A stretch of 64,000 nucleotides of DNA from Fistulifera solaris (GCA_030295235.1 AP026131.1:1-64000); one strand, 5' to 3'; counted from the first letter of the stretch, positions 13,265 to 27,742 are shown. Notes: generated from the letters alone by a model not told the origin. Translations and numbers: made by a program.

Positions 13265-13367
13265 CAACAAAGTATTATCGCGCATTGGGTCGGGAAAGAA
13301 TATTATCATTAGTTTTTGTTAAATTAAAATAGAATAGTGTTCCATGCATTCCAATTTATCGCGTATC

Positions 13368-15215
13368 TCATTCACCGTCAAAAGCCGACTGCTTTCGCGC
13401 ACTCAAAAGTTCTCGTTTCGATGGTGGAACAACGGATGCGGGCAACTCACTAGGGATGGGTCGTCCTTTCTGAACGACGGCGTCGCACAAAAACATAGCT
13501 ACCACATATTCATCAAAATCAAACAAGCCATCTCGATCCATGTCAGAGAGATTCCATATCTGACGCAACTGATCTTTTTCTAACCCTGTTCGCAAAAGCA
13601 CGTCCCGTGCTTTCTCGGTGGACAAATAGCCTCCCTCGGGCCCTAACTGTAGGTAGCTATTTTTGAGACGATCGGCAGAATCTTGTAGTGCCCTATGCGA
13701 AACCGAATGAGTTAGATTCCGGCAGCAAAATAGCGACAATTCACTCAAAGACACATGCATATCACTATCTCACCAGTACCGCTCTTGATCGGTTTCATCA
13801 TAACCAAATGGATTCCCTTCGTAATGGTCGTCTTTCTTGCCAAATTTACCGGCCGCTTTCGGAATGGGCATGTTCTCAGGGCTAGTCATTTTGTTGCATA
13901 GTGTCTCCGGCGAGTCTCGTTCCGATGGAAGTTGCGACATAAGTTGTGGAATTTCGTCAGTCAATACACGTTCCAGATCATCAATATACTTTTGATTCAA
14001 TGGAGCCAACTCTTGGAACTTGACTTCTTGTAACTTTGCGGCAAACGATTGTATTTCAGGGAAATCACCGGCAGCCAAATTGTATTTTTGAGAATGGATC
14101 GAAAGACATTGGGCAAGTCTTGAATGAGTTTCTGTTGTTTCTTTTCCTTGCCCATGAGGGTTGGCATTTGTGACTTTAGGTGTCCGACAATGTAAGCGAG
14201 CGTTTTTACTTTACGAATGCGTTTGACGAGTTCATTGATTTTTCGGACGGCACTCTGTCGGGGCAACACGGCCAAATCCTTCATGAGATCGCGTTCCTCC
14301 ATTTCGAACAAGGCAGCGTTGTCCATACTTTTGAGTGGCTCTTGCCAAAAGCTCCCTACGTAAACTCGAGCTACTTCCGGCGACGACATGGTCTTGCCCA
14401 AAGACCACAGCAAGGCTCCATAGACACGCATGAGTTGTTGTCGATCAATTTGATCGGCCTTGTTGAGAATGCACCTGATTTTATCTTCGTGTCCTTTGAG
14501 GACGTCAATGGCGCCTTTGAGTTCATCCGATATATCCAACTTGTGTGCATCGAACAAAAGAATAATCAAATCTGCCTTTTCCGCAAACCACGCAACGACT
14601 TTCGTGAAATCGTAGCCTCGATTGGTGCGCTGTTTCTCTCCCGACAAGATTCCAGGGGTATCAACGAGTGTGACGCTGCGTAGCACAGAACTAGAGAGTT
14701 GACTTCCTTCTAAACGACTAAGAAAGTTGACTCCGAATCGTTCCAATCCTTTAAAGGGTAAATCGGGGTGTACCGACAGGGCATTACCAGGGATGGTTCG
14801 TTCTTCTGGACCGTTCAAGAGGACGGTAAAACGATCAGTAGTCGGTTCCGGGCCGATGCGCTGACCGGGAAAGTTACGACCTAATAAATATCGAATAAAT
14901 GATGTTTTTCCGACACTATATTGTCCAACGAGAAGGACTTGCGGTTTCGCTACGTAGCGAACGTCGTGAGTTGAGAATTGTGTGAGCGTATTATTTGTTG
15001 CCTGTAGTCGTCAACACCTCTATTCTTTGCAACGTACCATCAAATTCTACATCACTAAGAAAAGGGCTTTCAAAGAAGAAGTCGTATTGATATTTCTTTT
15101 CAACAGGATAAACGTATTTCTTGTAAATTTGTTTCAAACGAGCAGCTACTTGTGCTGTGCGATCAGAGACTTCGTTTGCACCTGCATGCCTTTCGGGACT
15201 ACCAGAAGACGCCAT
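13368..15215 (-). CDS. EHD1: EH-domain dynamin-like ATPase (EHD/RME-1)
   Basis: GQYSVGKT P-loop, DTPGILSGEKQR, LNKADQ, VYVGSFW and a C-terminal EH domain (LRQIWNLSDMDRDG). GT-AG introns. Confidence 0.93.
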
Positions 15216-15667
15216 AGTCAGCTAACTATTACACAAAAGCAAGTAGGATATGAACAAGAAGGGCAACCGAAGGATAAAACAGAGGCTTTTAGACTGTCTC
15301 GTCCTATTCTTTCGTCGCGTCTCTTCGTCTCTTTCGTGTTTTGTTTTTCTCGCGTCGTTTATTATACGGTCTTGCGTGACGTCGTTGGCGATGTGATGCA
15401 AAGCATCCGTTGAGACGGATCAAGACGGACCAATAGCACTTATATCTTAGCGGTACCCGAGACGTTAGTATGGAGACAACGTCAACAGGGACTCAACTTA
15501 CACGGGACAAGCTGGAACTGCGACACAACATCATTATTTTTATTATTGTATTTATGGTACGCAACTTAACACGAAACAATGAATAATGTTCAACAATTGC
15601 CGCTTGAATCATCAAGTCTTTATGACCATCTCCTTTATCATTATCTGTTAGATTGCTGACACATAAT

Positions 15668-16663
15668 ATGGTTTCTGAACATAGGCACGCAAGGAAGCGA
15701 CTTTGGGACTCTCACACACAAGCAGTTTCGCGAAATGAGCTCTCAACAGTCGAGGCTGTTCTTAGTCTCTACACGACGCGGCCATCTAAAATAAGACTCT
15801 TCACACTGTGCTGTAACGCGCTGGTCGTGGTGCAAGAATTTTCATTGACTTGCTTCGTTCTAGCGCGGCATCGAATGGTCTGGTTGAAGCAGGAGCAGTT
15901 AATGCACAAAACACAGCGGAATTATATGGAAGCATCGAATTTGTTTCTCATTGCTGCGCTGCTCGTCGCAGTAGCTTGCGGCAACTCGCAACCACCAACA
16001 CAAGATCGAAGCACAAAAGTTCGACAACGAATTGCGGATTCATTTTTGCTGTCATTCGCCTTGCGATTCGCTTCGTCCTTTCTACAGAGTTTAACGGCTT
16101 CCTACAGTTCAGATACTGTTCATCGTTTGGCTATATTGGGTATGTTATGGCACGTTTTAACGTGTGATTACTCCTATGCCAATGGCTGCGTCAAAACAGG
16201 ATTGATAAATGGGTCACGTCCTATCTTTGGTGGTGGGACCTTCTCTTTGAATGCAGCTCTATTTTCGACGACACTGCTTGTCAGTCGCATCTACGACAAT
16301 CAAACGGTCTTCTTGTTCATTTCGCTATCGGTAGTGGTATTCGCCTTTTATAGTACGACGCGGCATGAAATGGCTAAAACACATCCTGCACACTCCAGTG
16401 GTACGTGAGATTTCGATGCCGATCGGCTTCATCGTTGAATCACACTCACCGCCTGATCCTCAGTGGCTCCCTGGCTTATTACAGTTTTTATCATCATGGC
16501 CACACTCTGCTTAATTTTAGACGACCTCAGTCTTGCTACAACGTTCCTGCTTTGCAGCTTGATTTTGGGTGGAGTGTGTCCATTTTGGAAGCATTCCTTG
16601 CAACATTTCCAAGTTCTAATAAAGGGTCCGTGGGATGTAGCACAAATCGTGCCGCTTGTTTAA
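15668..16663 (+). CDS. PIGC: GPI-GlcNAc transferase subunit PIG-C/GPI2; intron ~16401-16463
   Basis: Multi-TM protein with LQSLTASYSSDT, SLNAALFSTTLLVSR and C-terminal IKGPWD, all typical of PIG-C. Confidence 0.85.
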
Positions 16664-16809
16664 ACTATGATGATGGCTTAAAATAGAATTTGGTTGTAAA
16701 CAGTGCTGAATTCTTGTTTAATCCATCGAATAATATCGATCCAGTGCTCAGCCGTCATTCGTTTTCAATCCGGAAAGCGTTAGCTCTTACATTGCGCATT
16801 ATGCGGGTT

Positions 16810-17710
16810 TGGAGTTCTCGCGTGGTGGGAGTGGGAGACGAGACGATGACGAATGACGACTGATGTCGATGGTGATAAACTGATAATGTCGAACGGTCTG
16901 CTCCTAGGTGTTCCAGCGAAAAAGGTTCGTGTCAACCAGTCAACCACATGTTAAAGACTAAAGACAAATCGTAAATAATATGCAAATCTGCCATCTGTCA
17001 TCGTCACAATAACGTATGTAATCGTAGTTTTTGGCTGGGTTGGACATTTTTGTTTCCCGGAAACCACACAGAATGGCACCAGACAATTCCGGACTGCCTA
17101 CCTTACATTCACTATCGAATGGGGCTATTGTGTTGTGAGTCTGGGAGAATTTGAGTCGTATCTCTCATCTTTCTGTACGCAACAAAGCAGCATCTCGCTG
17201 AACGCTGAACGCTTGACGCTTGACGCTAGATCGTTAATCATCGTTGATGTTTTGGATGTACTCTATACTCTATTACAAGGTATTGTGCCAAATCTCCCGA
17301 ATGTTCCTCAATGATTCTGAGTACATTATAGTTACTAGTCTTTGTTATCCGTAATGTTGAAGGTTTATGGATCGTTTCAAATTTCAAATTTCAAAACTAG
17401 GACTCGAATCAAAGCTCAAAGCTCAAAGCTCAAGGCTCTTTTCTCCCGCCTGCCAGGCGGCCGCCTGCCTAACAATCAGTGAAGAGTAATAAGTCCCAAG
17501 TCCAATCATCAAAAATTACAATTACAGATTTACAGTGAAAAGGATGTCCTTTAGTTTGGTGTTTGGTGTTTCGTTTAAGTACACAGTTTATTGTTTATTA
17601 TGAGCTAAAGGCTAAACGGTAGAGAAAGTTTCTCGACGATACTTTATTATATTCACTTTTTCTGTAGAACCTCACAGTAAGTGTCAGGTGTCAATGCTAA
17701 ATGCCCAACG
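16810..17710. repeat. Intergenic tract of many unrelated 5-8-nt (mostly 7-nt) tandem duplications
   Basis: cgctgaa x2, cgcttga x2, tttcaaa x3, aaagctc x3, gtttggt x2, gtttatt x2, taaagac x2, gtcaacca x2. Confidence 0.8.
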
Positions 17711-18057
17711 CCAGACTTAGGAAAGTACGAAAAAGTACATCAGAGAAAAAAATAAAGACGGGGTCATTCGCCAATAGAGATAAGATCGCAGTTCTCGTCG
17801 GTAATGTCCACGGAACAAAGAGAAATTAGCCTACTTCCTTATCAATAGCTGATTGCTTTTTGCTTTTAGCCAGTCTACATCGGCTTCTCGCTCTCAACAC
17901 CCCGAGCTCGAAAAACAATCGAGAAGACGAGCGCGCATACGAACCGCAATACTGGAGTCGATCAAAACCCCCCTGAATTATCTCATAAACAGCAGATTAT
18001 TCTCTTCGAAACCACCGCAACCATTGAAGAATCTAATTTGCCACCAAAGACGCATAC

Positions 18058-19550
18058 ATGGAAGCGACAGGAGTTCACGCCGAATTTAAACAGAGTCAGG
18101 CTACATCGAAGACGCTGTCTGCGGAGCGCAACTTATCAGTGAGTGAGGAGGACGGCGCACCATCATTGCCCGCACAAGTTGATGCACTCTCATCGGAGAA
18201 AGTTGATTCTGTCCAGCAAAGCTCAACCTACCTTAGGGACGAGCAAGACAAGCCTCGGGCGTTGGCAGATGTTATTGACAAGCTTTCATATGAAAAGTAT
18301 CCCGAATATGTTCGAAAGAACGATTCTACGCTGACCTTTCCGGAAAAGGTAAGCTACCATGCGCTCTATTTAGACTTTGGGATCACAACTGATGCTCTTC
18401 TTTTGTATATTCACAGCTTATGCTAATGCTGATTCACGTGGAACAGGTTTACGCGAATCAAGCAAAGAAAACTGAAGATCAATCGATTGCCTGGTCTAAT
18501 AACGGAAAATCTTTTGTTATTCGTGATAAGGACGTCCTTTGCAAATCTTGGATCCCTGCTTTCTTTGGCCAGGCTAAGTTTTCTTCTTTCACGCGCAAGC
18601 TATACAGGTAAGCTCTCATTTGATTTTTGATGTTCCAAATACAAAGCTTCGCTCAAACATGCTGTTCCTCATGTTTTCTTGTCAGGTGGGGTTTTCGCAA
18701 GGTCAACGTCTCGATCAATGACAAGGGAGAACAAATCGTTGTATTCAGTAACGAGAATTTTCAACGCGGTGACGTGTCTCGATTAAGCAAAATGCAAAGC
18801 ATTACAGCTGCCAAGATCCGAAACCAGCTTGCTGTAAAAACCGGTCCTCGAAAGGAGTCGCCTCCGGAGAGCACAAGCATCGGTCTTCTTGAAAACGTTT
18901 CTGATCAACCAAGCGCTATTGATCAATTGTTGCGAGAACGCGTTACGCTTCCGACCACTGCGGCAGCAAGCTTCGCAAATTCGAGTCTTTTGCAGTACCG
19001 ACAAGAGCGTGAGCAAGAATTACTTCGCACCAGAAGTCTACTAGCGACTCAACTCAGCAACACCCGCTATCCGACGAGTAATAGTCTTGGACTTGAAGAT
19101 GCTTCGCTGCAAGCGCGGCAACAGGCCGTACTGAACCGGTACCGTCAATCTCCCACAGCTCTAACCACTCGAGGTGGTGTTGGGCAATCGTCGCCAGGAA
19201 GAGTGAGTCTCTCAGCGAGATCGCAGCTTGAAAATTTAAGACTTCTTGAAGCGTTGGATCGTCAACGTGCAGGCGGCATAAACTCTCTCTTTAGTGACGG
19301 CTCATTTGAGCAACTTTTGTTGCAAAGACAGCTTCGCGCTGTTCGGTCGCCGACCGTCGAGCTTGCTTCAAGTATGCAAGCCCTTGACGCGTACGCCTTA
19401 CTACGAAGGGAAGATGAAAGCAATCGGCTCAATCAAAACCTTCGCTCAGTCTATCTACAGCGACTGGAAAATAGAAGTGGTGGCAATGTCGACCCCCATT
19501 ACTTAGCCGCTTTGGAGGCTCTTCTGCAGCAACAAACTAACAACAGATAA
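18058..19550 (+). CDS. Heat-shock-factor-type transcription factor; introns ~18349-18416 and ~18608-18686
   Basis: HSF DNA-binding domain TFPEK|LMLML..IAWSNNGKSFVIRD..FSSFTRKLYR|WGFRKV across two introns; Q/L/R-rich tail. Confidence 0.9.
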
Positions 19551-19904
19551 TGTGATGCGTTCGATCTGTCAAGGAAGCAAAAGCCTGCACCGTAACTTTC
19601 ATGAAAGCAGGACTAACAAAATAAGTCGGTTTTGTCAAGTCCTTGTTGTTTCTATTGAACTTTGGCTCTCTACTAGAGTTTTGACTCTGCAGTTTTATTC
19701 CCGAGTGCAGTCGCAGGGCTGAATATTTTAGAGGAGGAGGAGGAGTCGTGCGAAAATTAATACGGACGAGTGAAAGGTTCAGGAATATATTATATTCCTG
19801 AACCTTAACCACGATTCCCAGGCGCGTTGTATTGCTTCTTGGTTACTTGATACTTGATCAAAGTAGACAATTACATTTCATAATTATTGTAAACTAAAAA
19901 ATCA

Positions 19905-21350
19905 ATGTCAGCCGTTCGCTCAAGGCGTGCGCCAGGAAAGACCATGGCGGGCGCTGAAAGAGAAATTGAGCATCAAATAATCAAAGAGGGCAAAGGCAGA
20001 AGGCGATCGTCCGCAAGTACCTGTTCGACTCGCCTGCTTTTCGCTGTCTGCGGTGTTGCATTTTCGTTTTCACTTGCATCTATTGCGTATTCCTCGCATT
20101 CTCAATTTGAGAGCCGTAATCAGCGTACCCGCATCGCGCGTGTTGTAATGTTAAACATTAACGATCGCAACGAAACGTTCGACTCCGTTTCGATCGACAC
20201 ACAACAAAACCGAAAGCGCACCCGAAAAGTCGAACAAATGATCGGCAACCGTGCAAGAGCCGAAATTGCGGAATCAAAGAGATACGCTGAGCTAGATGAA
20301 ATTGATTGGGATGGAAAGGAAGACTGCCAACTTGAATATGAATGGCAGCGTACTAGTCGACCCGCCTGCAATTCCATGCATGAATTCGATTTGACTACGC
20401 CATCCCTCGAATCTGGAGGCTCAAAATACAAGTTTCTAACGCACGGTTTTTACCGTGATGTCCTGTCGGCGTTTGATCAAGTTGGTGAACCTTTTGTATT
20501 CAAGCCCATGAGAAGGAAACATCGCTTTACTTATCGAAATTTCGATCGAATGCGGCGTGATGCGGTCATTATGGATCGACTGACGGCGCACAAATATATT
20601 CTGAATATCTACGGATTTTGTGGTACATCCGCTGTTTTCGAGTTTGCCGACGGGGGTGATATTGATTCAACGCTATGGCCGGATGGTGAAACCATAGCGA
20701 ACTTGACACAGCTGGAAAAACTTCACATTGGTATGTTTGAATGTGACGTGCAAACGCAATGTGAACTTTGACCTGAAATTCTATCTTCTGCTTCCTCAGC
20801 AACACAAGCTTCTATGGCTTTGGCAAGCGTCCACAATGTCGACAAGGAAGGGCGCCCTTCGATCGCTCACACAGACATATCGACAGGACAATTTATCAAG
20901 GCCAACGGCATCTACAAACTCAATGACTTCAATCGTGCGCGTTTTATTCATTACTCACGAAGTACAGGGAAGGCGTGTCCGTTTTATGTTGGAATGAATG
21001 CCGGCAGTAATCGATCGCCCGAGGAATACGCTTACGAAGGCGAAAGCGAAAAAGTAGACGTTTATTCTTTGGGAAATCTCTTTTTTACGATTTTGCAGGG
21101 TGAATGGCCTTTTGAAAATGAAGCTTCGGACGACGCAAGAGCCAAAGTTATGAACGGAACGCGACCGGCAATCTATGACGACTTGTGGCACAGCACTGAT
21201 CCAGTCAATGTTGCATTAAAGGAGGCCATGATTCTCTGTCACACGCATGATCCAACGGAGCGTCCTACCGCGCGATACATTGAGAACTTTTTGCGTCATA
21301 AAATGAACGAACTAGATCCTGGGCGTTTGGAAGAGTGGGGTGACGCGTGA
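19905..21350 (+). CDS. Type II membrane protein kinase, PKDCC/VLK-like secretory kinase; intron 20731-20799
   Basis: N-terminal TM (LLFAVCGVAFSFSLASIAY), then HGFYRDV, IYGFCG, AHTDISTGQF, KLNDFN, RSPEEY and DVYSLG. Confidence 0.8.
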
Positions 21351-21428
21351 TTTCCTGTTGCACCTCGGTGGCTATGCTAGACTAAACGAATTTAGATGTG
21401 AAATGAGCATGTATTATAGTAAAAATGT

Positions 21429-23003
21429 TTAGTAGAATGACGAAGGTGGCGGTGGCGGAGGGGCAGCTGGGGCACTCCCTAAAGGTTCAAGTCCACTACC
21501 TGCAGCTCCGCCCATGACAAAGCCTCCATTGTTGGTTTCGTCATCGTCAATGTTGACATGATTAGCGGGTGCCCACGCCACTCGGAGACTAGACGAGATA
21601 GTTAACGGTGTTGTGGCGGTAGGTGGTGCCATTGGGTGTGGTTGACTGGATATTCCCATAGAAGCCATCGAGACATTCATTGTGTTCAAAGCAGAGGCGC
21701 CCGAGGGTGAATAGGAAGTTGATGAATTTACATGAGAAAGCGACGGTAGAGTTGGGGCGGTGGAGGGCGCCAACGCATCAAAAGCAGAAAACGGATCATC
21801 GGACGGTGTTGTGGTTGTTGATGCGATAGTGGGAGTGGTCATCGTTGGAGCGGTTTGAGAAGATGTTGCCAAGACAGGCGGTTGCCACGAAGAATTCAGC
21901 GCGGGAGCAAATGGATCCACACTTGGCGGTTCGGTAGAAATGGTGACGAGACTCAATAGGTCGTCGTGTGCTGGGGAATGATTGTTGATTTTACTTGTCG
22001 CAATGTCGGCGGTTTCTCCGAAATCCAAAAGATCAACGGCTTTGCCTGACTCTGTGCCAGCAGCAATGGCACTATTTGTGTGGTCGTTCTGCCAGTCGAA
22101 CAAATCATCCGTACGACCATTTGGAGTAGTTAAGGACAATGGTGGCTCATAATCGACAAATCCAGGCACTAGACCTGAGCTTTTCGACACTTGAGCAGCA
22201 GAAGGCTCATCTCGAAATTGTGCCTGCTTCGCCGCTTCTTTCCTCCCTGGCAATTTCTATCATTTCTTCTAAGCTATGTGATGCACCAACAATCGATTGA
22301 CCGTCGCGAGACGAATATCCGCCTCCAAAGCCATTATCTGCTTTAGCAAGGTTACTTTTTGTTGCATGCGTTCTTGAAGTTGCATTCGTTGTTGCAGATA
22401 TTGCAATCGCTGTGCGTCAGTTGCGAAGGCTATTTCCTGATTGCTTCCGATCGGTACTAATGAAGTGGGATCTGCATGTTTTTCTCGTTCTCGCAGTAAG
22501 TCATGCCGTGGCATGGAAAGCAATGCAAACAGACCCTCCGCTAATTCTCGCACGGGTCCTCCTTCATCGACAGTCCCCCCTTTAAATCGAAGCCATACAT
22601 TTGCGGATTGTTGCTGTTGTTGAATCAATGCCGTATTGTAACCCCGTAACGCGGCTACGGTAGGCTTGAGAATTTGTGCTTCTTGCGTGACCTTTTCGGC
22701 GCCGACTAAAAGAACGTGACGTGCAACGACAAGTGCTTTTTGTAGAGTGAGCGTACTTTGTTGCGTCGGATGCAAGAAGAGCGATTGCAATAATTCGAAC
22801 AATGCTTCGCATAAGTCATCTTCGGCTGAATGTTGCCCTTCATGATACGTGAGTGTTGCCCATTGATTGAGTTCAAACGAGGATAAAACTTGGATGCTAT
22901 CATCTTGCAAGTCGTTGCGGAGTTTGCGCTGTAATTTATCCTTCTCCGAAGTAACGGAGGAACTGCTAAAAGCGGTATTTAAAAAATCAGTGACATTGAA
23001 CAT
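21429..23003 (-). CDS. ENTH/epsin-like protein, frameshifted near 22270-22350
   Basis: LTLQKALVVARHVLLVGAEKV..D.GGPVRELA fits an ENTH fold. The disordered tail carries DLLDF (clathrin box) and DPF motifs. Confidence 0.75.
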
Positions 23004-23405
23004 ACTGAACACAAAGCAATTCAAGTACAAGCAAATGAAAGTAACGATAGATTGCACTTATTATTCTATCGCGAAGAAGAGGTGCCTTGTGCTTTGTACT
23101 ATTGCAATGAAAAGATGTGCAGGTGCAGCAAATAATAAACGCGCACTTTTATCCGACAGAGGGGAGACCCGGATATGATTACAAGTACCCGGATATACTA
23201 AACTGTACTCCAGAACAAAACCGCCTTACAGTAATGCAAAATAACAATTAACAATCATTAACTCACTTATTCTTTTCAATCGACAATTCTATAGCAAAAA
23301 TACCAGGGTACTTTGCAAAAGGAATTTGAATATTTTGCGCTCTGATCGTCGCCCAAAAGGAAAAGAAGGGCAACTACTTGTAATCACACGATATGATTCA
23401 ACGCG

Positions 23406-25592
23406 ATGAACTGGCGCTCTCCCGTCATTTACTTGATTTTTCCTTACTTTCTTGCTGTGGCAATCATTTACTGCTTCCCTAATCTTCAAGACAACAAAAT
23501 ATCTTCGGAGTTCTTGCCTCTTTGGTTGTCTTATACGTCCAAAATCTTACAGGATAAGACAAAATCTCCTACGAACCTTGTCAGCGAAATATCGTGGCAA
23601 GTATCGTGTTATCAACAATTTCTCGACAAAATCGGAGTTATTCATCCCACAGTTTCGGTTGCATTGCATTTTAATGGACAAGCAGAACCTTGCAATATCA
23701 TTATCGTAAAGGAATTGCTCAATGACAGCAACGTTTTGTCAACTTTGCGATTACTCGACAAATGTCCAGATTGGGAGTCACAGTATTTCACGGATTCCTT
23801 CCTGACGCGATTATTACACGATTTATCAAGTCTAGCATGTTCTATCGAAGATCAACACCCAGGACTTCATCAATTTTGTGACAGGGGCCTGAAACGCACG
23901 CCCATCCTTCGTGATCATCGCCTACTCGTTCCATATAAGTTGACAGAGGATGGTCCAAGCTATTTGCCGTGCCATTTTCACAATGCAAGCGGGTACCGCC
24001 TTTCGTCAGTATCTTTGCTGCGCGAATGGATACAAGACATGTCATGTCAACAAGAGGACTACACCGCTGGAAAGACGTGTAGGGGGCATCCTACTCTGGA
24101 ACTGTATGCAGTGCCGGCAGGTCGGCATTTTATGTTTGCACCTAAATACATCGGAGAAATCATTCCATTGCCTCACGTCCCGGGCGCTGATCCAACTCAA
24201 CCCGTTAACTTGGAGGTCTTGTCCGTGTCGCCGCGTGTATTCGATCTCGTTAACTTCGTTTCCAAGCAAGAAAGCGAGGATTTAGTTGAAAGAGCTTTAG
24301 CAGAGACCAGAGAATCGTATCGTCTTCAAAGAAGTACCACGGGATCGAATGGGCGAGAAATCAATCGATATCGGACGTCAGAAACTGCATTTGATGCTGC
24401 GGGAGAAACGGCCATGAACATTAAACGGTACGACGACTGGTACTTATGGATCTGTCACCGAAACTCAACAACCACTGATTCATAGCTCTTTTTATTTTTG
24501 TATTCCAGTCGAAGCTTTGCTGTTTTAGGAATGGGCAACTACATTGAATCCTATGCCGATGGTGTCCAAATATTACGATATCGAAATGGAACTGCTTATC
24601 AAAAACATCTGGATTGGATTGAACCGAACACACGTTCGCAGCACAACTACGATTCGGCCGGCCAGGGAAGTAACCGATTCGCCACACTTTTGCTTTATAT
24701 GAATGATATCGAAGCAAATCAAGGAGGCGAAACGGTTTTTGCCAACGCGTGGCCGCTCGATGTGGCAGAAACAAAGCGACTTTCCCTCGAACAGGTATGT
24801 ATATCGAGAACTTGCAGGTCACAGCCCATTTGGCACAACGAGCAACTAACAAGACAACCTATCACTTTTTGTTTCGATATCTCTTTTGAATTTCTGTTGA
24901 TATACTGGTACAGGCGAAATCTCAGCTTTTGGAATCGGAATTCTCTAATTTTCTAACGCAGGGCTCATGGGAAGAAGACCTCGTACGTTGTCGCGGTTTC
25001 TTTGTCTTCGTGCATGCGCATGTTTTGCAAGATGTCCTAAGCTTTACTTTATTTTGTCTTTAGGCTGTTTGGTGTCGATCTCGTTTAGCTATCCGGCCCA
25101 AGTCAGCCCGTACAGTATTGTTTTATTCTCAGCTACCCGATGGACAAAAGGACGAGTCATCTCAGCATGGTGCATGCCCCGTTTTCAATACGACGAAGGT
25201 AAAATATGGCGTGATTTGCTGGTGGTCGACAGAATCATTGTAAGTCCTTTTTCCTCAAATACCTTTGGCGTCCGTTTCAGTTCGCTGCCAACGTTTGGGT
25301 TTGGAACGCAGCTAGAAGTGGACATCCCAACAGTCCAAAGAATCCTAGTTACGAGAAGCCGCCTCGAGCAACTCCAATTGAAGCGACATTTATCAACACA
25401 GGGGCGAATCCGGCAATGGACAACGCCGAACTCTATTATAAAGACACCCCCTGGGGGAGGTTGCGTCCTGGCGGTATGCATATTACGGCTAGTACTTTTA
25501 AGGAACAAAAGTGGACTATTGTTGTGGACGGAAAGCCGGTCAAACATTTTAGGATAGCGCCGCGTCCCGACAAGCAAGTGTTTGAAATATAA
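23406..25592 (+). CDS. Prolyl 4-hydroxylase (2OG-Fe(II) oxygenase) with N-terminal signal anchor, multi-exon
   Basis: LSVSPRVF..NF, RTS, QILRY..YQKHLD, NRFATLLLYMND..GGETVF. Later exons carry H.ACP and AANVWVWN. Confidence 0.85.
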
Positions 25593-25712
25593 TAGCGTAT
25601 TCTGGGATTAACAAAGACACTTAACTCTCAATGAAATCTACTTTATGTTGTGAGGAAAAGGGACAAATTTCAATCGAGACCCCTCGCGATTCGCGATTCG
25701 AACATATCTTGT

Positions 25713-27742
25713 TTAACAGTTGCTGCAACAATTAAACGGACAAATCTCACAATCGGCATTGAGTGTTGTTCCTCTCGTGATCTTCAAAAGACAGACGGGC
25801 TGCGGAATTTGTTCGGTCAGCAGGTTATCCTCAAGTCGCAACTGGGTTAAGCCCGTCAAGGCACCGAACTGCGAAGGCACCGCTCCAGTGAACGAGTTGC
25901 CGAAGAAGAAGAGTTGGCGTAGATTGGTCGCAAGTAATCCCAACTCAGAAGGAAGTGGTCCGGACCAGTTGCAGTTCGTGACAGACAATCCACCTAAATT
26001 CGTAAGAGCCCCCCAGAAAGTCGGAAAGGTCCCTGTGATGCCCGGATTTTCGTCCGTCCAAGACTCTCTGATAGACACGAGATTCTGCATAAAGTCGATG
26101 CCCCCTGTAATGCTAGATCCACGAGCATAGAAAAATTGAAGATTGGGCAACAGGCCGATTTCAGTCGGAATTGGTGAATTGAACGTGTTGAATTCCATCT
26201 CAATGTAGGCTGTGCGAAAATTACAATGTGTTATTAGAAATGGCAACGGAGGCGAAAAAATTGAAACCGGCTGCGTACGTACAGAGTTGTGTCATATCCG
26301 ATGGAAATGCCAAAGAACTAATCGTTCCTGCATAACGGACATTAGAGCATTCATAGAATTGCAGCTTTTTCAATAAGCCGATCTCTGTTGGAATTCCATT
26401 CTCATTAATGAAGTTCGTATCTTCGTAGCGCAAAGAAGTGAGTTCCGTCAGGGTACCCATCCATGAATTAAATACTTCTCCGCGAGTGAAAACTGGATTC
26501 TTTCCTACATCGAGATTCGTCAGAGTCGACTTCAAGAGAGTAATTTCGGGAGGAAATTCTCCGGTAAGGAAATTATTGAACTAAAACATGTCACTTGTTA
26601 GATCTTTCATTTCAAAACAAAACGTTTTGGCAAATCGTACTTACAAAGTCAAGTCGGATTACAGAGCCGGTAGTTTGTTGATCACAGAGAGTGTTGGACC
26701 AAGTGCACTCATCGGTGTTAGTCAACCAATCGCGTGCGTTGTTCCACGGGATGATATTTCCGGTGCCAAGGATGAGGTCGGTAAAGTTGGTCCGCACCTC
26801 GTATGTTGCATAGTAAATAGTGGCAAGAGCGTAGCGCTGGACAACTTTACGTCACTGTAAGGTGTAAGATCTGAGCTGCAAAGCCAGGCCAACGCTTTGC
26901 TTTGGTATGTTTCAGGATCTTCGAACTCAGCTCCTCCAAACAAAGCGACGGGTCGGATAACATCCTCACAGCGTCCGCCAACAGGAGTCGGTACCGGCGC
27001 TACTACTGGGGATGGGGCAGGAATAGGAGCTGGGACGGGTGCTGGAACAGCAACTGGCGATGGAACGGGCACCGGGGCGACAGCCGGTGCTGGTACAGGC
27101 ACAGGGGCTACCACGGGACTGGGAGCAGGCACAGGAGCTGGCACTGGAACAGGGACCGTTACCGGCGCAACAGGAGCGATCACCGGTGTTGGTAAAGGTA
27201 CAGGGGCAACTACCGGCGCTGGTGCAGGAACACGGGGTAACGTTGGTTCTGAAGTAGCTGGAACTGGCGGAACTACGGGCGCAACGGGAGAGATTACCGG
27301 GGCAACAGGTGTAGTTGGTGCGCTTGGTGGCAAACCCATGCTCGGCTGCATAGAGGGAGTAGGAAGACTTCCAGATGTCTGAAGAAATCTTTGCCAGTAC
27401 GAAACGTCCTCGGTCGCAGCATCTCCAAGTTTCCTTGCTTGGCTTTTTTGTTTTTCGCGCCAGGTTTCGACGTCTATCGTCAATCTTGGCCACGAGCTTT
27501 CTTACTTCCTTATCGTGCAGGTCAGCGGAAACATCTATCGACTTTCTCAGTTCATCGTACTCTTGATATGATCGAATTGCGTATTTCTTCCAAAGCTCAT
27601 TGTCTATTTCGCTGCGACTCTCCCTTTCGGCCTCTTCATCGCTCCAGGACAGCTTCGATGACGGTCGATGATAGATATCGTTCGCCTTGCAAATCGCAAG
27701 CGTCAAGAGGCAACACGAAGCTTTCCAAATTACCGACTTCAT
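25713..27742 (-). CDS. Secreted Pro-rich (PVAPVP) + LRR protein, paralog A; 2 introns, frameshift errors
   Basis: Signal peptide [23 protein letters not shown] and RFLQ motifs, Pro/Val/Ala repeats, QSKALAW..RYALA cap, IPTEIGLL LRRs and C-terminal [12 protein letters not shown]. Confidence 0.85.

Noticed and set aside
26897..27382. Gly/Thr/Ala-rich plus-strand ORF (also 29615-30207)
   Set aside because: Antisense shadow of the Pro-rich repeats of the LRR genes.
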